A stretch of 64,000 nt of DNA from a virus (Duplodnaviria; Heunggongvirae; Uroviricota; Caudoviricetes): IMG/VR virus record IMGVR_UViG_2923159863_000006. The stretch is one strand, 5' to 3'. The notes beneath the pieces were generated by a model that had not been told where the DNA came from, searched no databases, and saw nothing but the letters and a program-made list of their open reading frames with translations. The translations under genes and the position numbers were made by a program. This document shows, one piece after another, positions 58,119 to 64,000 of this stretch (position 1 is the first letter of the stretch; each line of letters starts with the position of its first letter).

Positions 58119-59568
58119 TCCAGAGGCCTTGCTCGCCGAGGACATGGGGAGGTTCTTCTATGACCCGCTTGGGTGGGTGCTATACGCATTCGAATGGGGG
58201 AAGGGTGAGCTAGAGGGTTTCGATGGGCCTGATGAGTGGCAGCGCGAGTTCCTCATCGACTGGGGCGCCGCGATTCGATCGAACAACTTCGATGGGATGA
58301 AGCCTGTCGAGGCATATAGATCGGCAACCAGTTCTGGGCATGGTATTGGGAAGTCCGCGCTGTCGTCTTGGATCATCCTCTACATCATGAGCACCAGGCC
58401 GCAGTCCAAGGGCGTTGTGACGGCCAACACTGGCGAGCAGTTGCGCACCAAGACCTGGGGCGAGCTAGGCAAGTGGAAGAAGCGCTGCATAACTGGCCAC
58501 TGGTTTGAGTACAACAACGGCAAAGGGAACATGAACATCTATCACCCGGCTCACAGCGAAAGCTGGAGGGTAGATGGACAGACCTGCCGGGAAGAGAATA
58601 GTGAGTCATTTGCTGGTCTGCATGCTGCAACTTCATCGCCCTGGTATCTGTTCGACGAAGCATCTGCTGTTCCGGACAAGATATGGGAGGTTGCAGAAGG
58701 CGGCCTAACTGACGGTGAGCCATTCTGGTTCGTGTTTGGGAACCCCACCAGGAACACAGGTCGATTCCGCGAGTGCTGGCGTAAGTTCCGCCATCGTTGG
58801 AAGACCAGGCAGATCGATAGCCGGTCGGCCAGGATGACCAACAAAGACCTAATCAAGCAATGGGCCGCGGACTACGGCGAAGACTCCGACTTCTTCAAGG
58901 TGCGTGTTCGCGGTCTGTTCCCCTCGTCCTCTGATCTGCAATTCATCGGCACTGGCCTGGTCGATGCCGCAATGGCACGCGTCGTCACGGAGGCGATGGT
59001 AAGCCACGCGCCAGTTGTTATCGGCGTTGATCCGTCGTGGTCAGGCGATGATGAATTCGCGATCTATATGCGGCAGGGGCTGCATAGCAAGCTGATCGCC
59101 ACTTACCAGAAGTCAGATGACGACGTTCTGATGGCTCAGCGTATTGCCCAACTGGAGGACCAGTATAAGGCCGACGCTGTATTCGTCGACTTTGGCTATG
59201 GCACAGGCATTGTCAGCGCTGCTCGAGCAATGGGGCGCAACTGGACGCTTGTGCAGTTCGGGGGTGCCTCAAGCGATCCGGCAATGCTGAACAAGCGTGG
59301 CGAGATCTGGAACGCGATGAAGGAATGGCTCAAGGCTGGCGGCGAACTGAACGACCAGCAGACCGCAGACGAGATCTCTGCGCCTGAGTATCGCGTCAAG
59401 CTCGACGGCAAGATCGTTCTGGAGGACAAGGCCGAGTTGAAGAAGCGTGCAGGTATCAGCCCCAACCGGGCGGATGCGCTGGCTCTGACGTTCTCCTTCC
59501 CTGTGGTCAAGAAATCTTTCTATGCCGGTAACGGCGGGCACCAATCCACGTACGACCCATTTAGCTGA
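58099..59568 (+). CDS. terL: Terminase large subunit
   Basis: Walker A SSGHGIGKS. ATPase then nuclease domain order. Confidence 0.85.
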   Translation: MQTQRIDPEALLAEDMGRFFYDPLGWVLYAFEWGKGELEGFDGPDEWQREFLIDWGAAIRSNNFDGMKPVEAYRSATSSGHGIGKSALSSWIILYIMSTRPQSKGVVTANTGEQLRTKTWGELGKWKKRCITGHWFEYNNGKGNMNIYHPAHSESWRVDGQTCREENSESFAGLHAATSSPWYLFDEASAVPDKIWEVAEGGLTDGEPFWFVFGNPTRNTGRFRECWRKFRHRWKTRQIDSRSARMTNKDLIKQWAADYGEDSDFFKVRVRGLFPSSSDLQFIGTGLVDAAMARVVTEAMVSHAPVVIGVDPSWSGDDEFAIYMRQGLHSKLIATYQKSDDDVLMAQRIAQLEDQYKADAVFVDFGYGTGIVSAARAMGRNWTLVQFGGASSDPAMLNKRGEIWNAMKEWLKAGGELNDQQTADEISAPEYRVKLDGKIVLEDKAELKKRAGISPNRADALALTFSFPVVKKSFYAGNGGHQSTYDPFS

Positions 59569-59579
59569 GGACACACGCC

Positions 59580-59834
59580 ATGGGCGGAGCAGTCAAGAAG
59601 GTGGCCAGCGTTGCAACGCTTGGCTTGAGTGATGCTGTGCTTGGCGCGACTGAAGCGCCGAAGACTCAGACAACTGAGATGAAGGACATCGAGAGCAACG
59701 AGGCTCAGAACGTCGACAGCTTCAATGAGGACCGCCGCCGCCGTGCACGGATGGCTGGCATCTCCAGCACGATCCTCGGTGGCGCGCTGGGCACTCCTGC
59801 GACCACTGCAACCAAAACCCTGCTTGGGGGCTGA
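59580..59834 (+). CDS. Hypothetical
   Basis: ORF. Confidence 0.3.
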   Translation: MGGAVKKVASVATLGLSDAVLGATEAPKTQTTEMKDIESNEAQNVDSFNEDRRRRARMAGISSTILGGALGTPATTATKTLLGG

Positions 59835-59835
59835 C

Positions 59836-61524
59836 ATGTCTGAAGCTCTGCGCCGAAACGCGGAAAAGCGCCTGGCGATGCTCAAGAACGAGCGGACGTC
59901 CTGGGAGCAGAACTGGCGCGAGCTTTCTGACTTCATCCAGCCCATGCGGTCCCGCCTGCTGTGCGATCAGCAGGTAAACAAGGGCGACAGGCGCAATAAC
60001 AAGATCATCAACAACGAGGCCACCGAGGATGCCGGCGCGCTTGCTGCGGGCATGATGAGCGGTCTTACTTCGCGCTCCAGGCCGTGGTTCAATCTTGTCG
60101 TCCAGTCAAAGGAGGCAATGGAGTTTGGCCCGGTCAAGTCGTGGCTCTTTGAGGCGACCGAGCGTGTTCGTGATGTGCTGTTGCGCTCTAACTTCTACAA
60201 CTGCCAACACGTGTCCTACCTTGAGATGGGCGTGTTCGGCACTGGCGCAATCTGGATCGACGAAGACCCGAAGAACGGCATTCGTTGCGAGGTGTTCACT
60301 GCCGGTGAGTACTACGTGGCCAACGGCGCAGACGGTAGGTGCAACGCCTTCTATCGCGAGTTCAAGCTGACTGCGGCCCAGATGGCCGAGCGGTTCGGCA
60401 AAGAGAACCTCAGCCCCCAGGCGCAGAATGCGCTCAAAGAGGCGCGCCAAGATCAGTGGTTCGACTGCGTGCAGATGGTTGAGCCAAACGCCGACTACCT
60501 GCCAGGCGCAAAGGTAAGCCGTCTGCTGCCGTATGTCTCGCTGGTGTGGGAGAAGAGCGCCACGCCTGACAAGGTTCTCGAGCATCGCGGCTTCCACGAA
60601 TTCCCGGTAGCCGTAGTGCGCTGGGACACTCTGCCGGGCGACTGCTATGGTACTGGCCCTGGCCGTCGCTGCCTGGGCGATATCAAGGCGCTCCAGCTCT
60701 ATGAGCGCAGTTCTGCACGGATGGCCGAAACCGGCTCCAATCCTGCTGTTCAAGCGCCGATGTCGCTGCAAGGCAAGCCGAGTTCAACTAACCCGGGGAG
60801 CATCACATACGTCGACCAGGTTGGCGCGCAGAACTCGATCATGCCGATCTACGAGCCCAACCCTCAGTGGCTCGCAGTGATCGAAGGCAAGATTGCGCGT
60901 CATGAGGCTCGCATTCGCCGCTCGTTTTACACCGATCTGTTCCTGATGATCAGCGAGATGGACGACGTACGCACAGCTACTGAGATCAACGCACGCCGCG
61001 AAGAGAAGATGGCGATGCTTGGGCCTGTTGTTGAGCGCGTCGACTACGAAGGCCTTGACCCGATCATCGAGCGCGTGTTCGGCATCATGCTGCGCCAGTC
61101 CATGCCGATTTGGGCGGGCATCATCGATGGCGAACCGTTACTTCCTGAGCCGCCGGAAGAGTTGGGCCAGAACGTAGTCGAGGCCGACTACATCTCGATC
61201 CTGGCGCAGGCTCAGAAGGCCGGCGCGGTCAATGGCCTGGAGCGTATTGCGAACACCATTGGTCACTTGTCTGGAGCCTTCCCTGAGGTCAAGGACAAAT
61301 TCAACGCCGATCAATGGGTTGATGAGTATGCAGAAGCCGCAGGTGTCATTCCCACGGTTATCCGCGGCGATGAAGAGGTCGATGCAATCCGCGAACAGCG
61401 CGCCCGTCAGCAGCAGGCAGCAGAAGCACAGCAGGCGCTCACCAGTGGCATCGAAGGCGCCAAGCTTCTATCCGAAACCCAGGTCACGCCAGACAACGCT
61501 TTAGGCCAGCTACTCGGAGCATAA
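59836..61524 (+). CDS. Portal / head-to-tail connector protein (T7 gp8-type), 563 aa
   Basis: Size, position after terL, podovirus-connector-like sequence. Confidence 0.7.
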   Translation: MSEALRRNAEKRLAMLKNERTSWEQNWRELSDFIQPMRSRLLCDQQVNKGDRRNNKIINNEATEDAGALAAGMMSGLTSRSRPWFNLVVQSKEAMEFGPVKSWLFEATERVRDVLLRSNFYNCQHVSYLEMGVFGTGAIWIDEDPKNGIRCEVFTAGEYYVANGADGRCNAFYREFKLTAAQMAERFGKENLSPQAQNALKEARQDQWFDCVQMVEPNADYLPGAKVSRLLPYVSLVWEKSATPDKVLEHRGFHEFPVAVVRWDTLPGDCYGTGPGRRCLGDIKALQLYERSSARMAETGSNPAVQAPMSLQGKPSSTNPGSITYVDQVGAQNSIMPIYEPNPQWLAVIEGKIARHEARIRRSFYTDLFLMISEMDDVRTATEINARREEKMAMLGPVVERVDYEGLDPIIERVFGIMLRQSMPIWAGIIDGEPLLPEPPEELGQNVVEADYISILAQAQKAGAVNGLERIANTIGHLSGAFPEVKDKFNADQWVDEYAEAAGVIPTVIRGDEEVDAIREQRARQQQAAEAQQALTSGIEGAKLLSETQVTPDNALGQLLGA

Positions 61525-61836
61525 ATGTTCGAAGACGACGAGATCACGCAGCAGCGTGAGGAAGCCTCGCGCCTGAAGCAAAGGCAGCGTGCAGACGACG
61601 TGAAGTCTCAGATGGCGACCCTAAGCGGTCGCCGTTTTGTTTGGGATCTCCTGGGCTACACGCGGTACGAAGGCCGCTCAACCCTCTTCGATACCCACGG
61701 CGGACGGCAGAGCTATCTGCTCGGCGCCTATGAGGTAGGCCGAAAACTTTCCGAAGAAATCCGAACCCTCTGTCCTGAGCAGTACCTGCTCATGGTCAGG
61801 GAGAACAGCAAACAACCCGACGAGGTTACCCAATGA
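61525..61836 (+). CDS. Hypothetical
   Basis: ORF. Confidence 0.3.
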   Translation: MFEDDEITQQREEASRLKQRQRADDVKSQMATLSGRRFVWDLLGYTRYEGRSTLFDTHGGRQSYLLGAYEVGRKLSEEIRTLCPEQYLLMVRENSKQPDEVTQ

Positions 61837-62441
61837 CCGAAGCAGTCGATACCGCCACCACTACCGTAAGCGGGACCGAGAGTGCGACGTCAGAGGCCCA
61901 GGCTAGCCAGCAACAAGCTGCCGAGCAGGGCCAACAGCAGCAAGCCCAAGCGCAACAGCAGGAACAGAAGCCCGCAGTACCCGACGCGTACAAGTTCGCC
62001 CTCCCGGAGGGCTACGACTTCAGCGCCGAGGCTCAGGCCGAATGGTCCGGCGTGTTCAAGGAACTGGGTCTGACCCAGGAACAGGCCAGCAAGCTGGTCG
62101 AGATGGACGCCAAGCGGCAGGCCTCGGGTGCTCAGGCATCTGAGCAGGCCGCAATCGAGTACCGCAACCAGCAGGTCTCCAAGTGGGAGTCCGAACTGAA
62201 GCAAGACGCGGCATTCGGTGGCGCCAATTTCGAGGCCAACGTTGGCATCGCACAGAAAGCCCTGGCCGATTACGGCACCCCTGAGCTTACCGCGATGCTG
62301 AAGGAATCCGGGCTGGGATCTCACCCGGAAGTCGTCCGCTTCTTCCACCGAGTCGGCCAGCAATTGGCCGAGGGCAAGTTGCATCGCACCACCACCGAAG
62401 TCCCTAAGCAAGAAATCTCGATTGTTGACGCCTTTCGATAA
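61833..62441 (+). CDS. Scaffolding protein
   Basis: Q/A/E-rich alpha-helical ORF between portal and capsid. Confidence 0.5.
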   Translation: MTEAVDTATTTVSGTESATSEAQASQQQAAEQGQQQQAQAQQQEQKPAVPDAYKFALPEGYDFSAEAQAEWSGVFKELGLTQEQASKLVEMDAKRQASGAQASEQAAIEYRNQQVSKWESELKQDAAFGGANFEANVGIAQKALADYGTPELTAMLKESGLGSHPEVVRFFHRVGQQLAEGKLHRTTTEVPKQEISIVDAFR

Positions 62442-62456
62442 GGCCAGGAGTAAAAC

Positions 62457-63452
62457 ATGGCAATTCTCACCTCGACCATGCCTACCCTGATCGACAAATT
62501 CAGTCGTCAGGACAGCACCCAGAAGATCATGAAGATCGTGGAGCTGATGGCAAAGCAAAACGACATTCTCATGGATGCCGAATATATGGAGTGCAATGAC
62601 GGCTCCAAGCATAAGACCACCATGCGCTCTGGCATTCCAGAGCCGACCTGGCGGATGTTTAACCAAGGCATTCAGCCCAGCAAGTCGACTACCGTTCCGG
62701 TACTGGATACCACGGGCATGATGGAAGACTATGGCCTGGTTGATAAGGCTCTGGCCGACCTCTCGGGTAACGCAGATGCTTTCCGCGCCTCCGAGAACCT
62801 TGGAAAGCTGCAAGGCTTTAACAACAAGGCCGCGCGCTACATGTTCTACGGCAACACTCAGACCGAACCTCAAGCCTTCCTTGGTCTTTCGCCGCGCTAC
62901 AACTCCCTGGCAGCGGAATCTGGCCGGAACATCGTCGATGCTGGCGGCACTGGCTCATCCAACACCTCGATCTGGTTCGTGACCTGGGGCGAACTGACTA
63001 CGCACCTGCTCTATCCGAAAGGCAGCATTGCCGGCTTCCAGCATCGTTTCCTTGGCGAAGATACCGTTAAGGATGATGTGGGCGGCGAGTTCCAGGCGTA
63101 CCGCGACCACTTCAAGTGGGATATCGGCATGTCGGTTCGCGACTGGCGCGCCAACGCCCGCGTTGCGAACATCGATGTCACTCAGCTGACCTCCGATGCG
63201 TCTGCCGGGCCCAAATTGATCGATAACATGATCAAGGCTTACTACCTGCTGGATAACCCCATGCAGGGCGAAGGCAAAACCGTGATCTACGCCAACCGGA
63301 CCATTCAGACCTTCCTGCATCTGCAAGCGATGAACTCCAAGAATGTCAACCTGACGCTCGGCGAGTACGCTGGCCGCAAGATCCCTGAGCTGCTCGGCAT
63401 TCCGATCAAGCGCTGCGACGAACTTCTCAACACTGAAGCCCGTGTGGTTTAA
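62457..63452 (+). CDS. Major capsid protein
   Basis: 331 aa directly after the scaffold gene. Confidence 0.65.
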   Translation: MAILTSTMPTLIDKFSRQDSTQKIMKIVELMAKQNDILMDAEYMECNDGSKHKTTMRSGIPEPTWRMFNQGIQPSKSTTVPVLDTTGMMEDYGLVDKALADLSGNADAFRASENLGKLQGFNNKAARYMFYGNTQTEPQAFLGLSPRYNSLAAESGRNIVDAGGTGSSNTSIWFVTWGELTTHLLYPKGSIAGFQHRFLGEDTVKDDVGGEFQAYRDHFKWDIGMSVRDWRANARVANIDVTQLTSDASAGPKLIDNMIKAYYLLDNPMQGEGKTVIYANRTIQTFLHLQAMNSKNVNLTLGEYAGRKIPELLGIPIKRCDELLNTEARVV

Positions 63453-63464
63453 GGAGATCCGATT

Positions 63465-63857
63465 ATGCTTTTCGATAAGAAGCTTCTGATGTCGAACGCT
63501 CAGGCGATTACCGCCTCTGCTGCATCGACCGATGTCATCGACCGTGGCGATACCAAGGATGTTGGTCGCGCTGGAGATATCCCGTTGTGCATCCAGGTAG
63601 TCGAGGCTTTCAACACCCTGACCAGCCTGACCATTGAGCTGCAAACTGACGACAACTCGGGATTCAGTTCGCCGCGCAGCCTGTTCTCGGTAGTTGTGCC
63701 GCTGGCCGATCTGAAAGTCGGTTATCAGACGCCAGTCATTGTTCTTCCGCAGAAGACCGAGCGTTACCTGCGCCTGAACTACACCGTGACTGGCACGGCT
63801 CCGACTACCGGCAAGGTGACTGCTGGTGTTGTAGCCGGGGTGCAGACCAATGCCTAA
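63465..63857 (+). CDS. Head-associated hypothetical (130 aa)
   Basis: ORF after the capsid gene. Confidence 0.35.
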   Translation: MLFDKKLLMSNAQAITASAASTDVIDRGDTKDVGRAGDIPLCIQVVEAFNTLTSLTIELQTDDNSGFSSPRSLFSVVVPLADLKVGYQTPVIVLPQKTERYLRLNYTVTGTAPTTGKVTAGVVAGVQTNA

Positions 63858-64000
63858 GTCGTACAGGGTCCTGGAGCGTTCGTTTATCAACGGCCAGCTC
63901 AAGGAGAAGGGCTCCATTGTGACTCTGGAAATTGACAGCCCTGGCAGCAACCTAGAGTTGGTCCCTGATAATTCTAGTGCCGACGAGCGAGAGTCCATCA
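63856..64000 (+). CDS. Partial ORF, continues beyond the window
   Basis: Open to the window end. Confidence 0.3.

Larger units (their letters stand above)
33416..64000. mobile_element. Prophage B: complete-looking lambdoid prophage with P22/T7-type head genes, extending beyond the window
   Basis: att-int-xis, early-left operon, cI/cro, O/P, nin region, Q, lysis genes, terS/terL, portal, scaffold and capsid in canonical order. Confidence 0.85.

Overview
High-GC (about 62%) Pseudomonas-like chromosome. A YbiT-type ABC-F ATPase gene (1-1590, minus strand) is followed by two phage-derived units that share a near-identical 4.3 kb integrase module (1563-5904 and 33416-37764). Both copies begin with 27 bp that re-encode the 5' end of ybiT. 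Unit A (1563-33415) is a mosaic, decayed prophage remnant. It holds a frameshift-riddled copy of the integrase module, a cI C-terminal fragment, a BrnT/BrnA-like TA locus with operator palindromes, a LuxR/SPFH cargo block, a second lambda-type integrase module (xis-int-Panacea/DUF4065-unknown gene) ending in a tmRNA 3' fragment, a minus-strand tail-fibre operon, and a P22-like right arm (three ejection proteins, a low-GC sieA-position membrane protein, and a beta-helix tailspike). Unit B (33416 to beyond 64000) looks like a complete lambdoid prophage. It runs int/xis, an early-left operon (Ead/Ea22, Lar-like, LytTR, YqaJ exonuclease, ERF annealase, C5-methyltransferase), cI/cro, O (with iterons) and P-like genes, NinB, a RuvC-like resolvase, a metallophosphoesterase, Q, a Q-dependent late promoter and terminator, a lysis cassette (holin, GH24 endolysin, embedded Rz/Rz1), terS, terL, a T7-type portal, scaffold and capsid. 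The most interesting candidates are the Panacea-domain gene plus its unknown 137-aa partner next to the att remnant, a three-gene low-GC cassette flanked by 58-bp direct repeats in the rex position downstream of cI, AT-rich morons (after Q, and at the sieA position), and indel-only differences between the two integrase-module copies.
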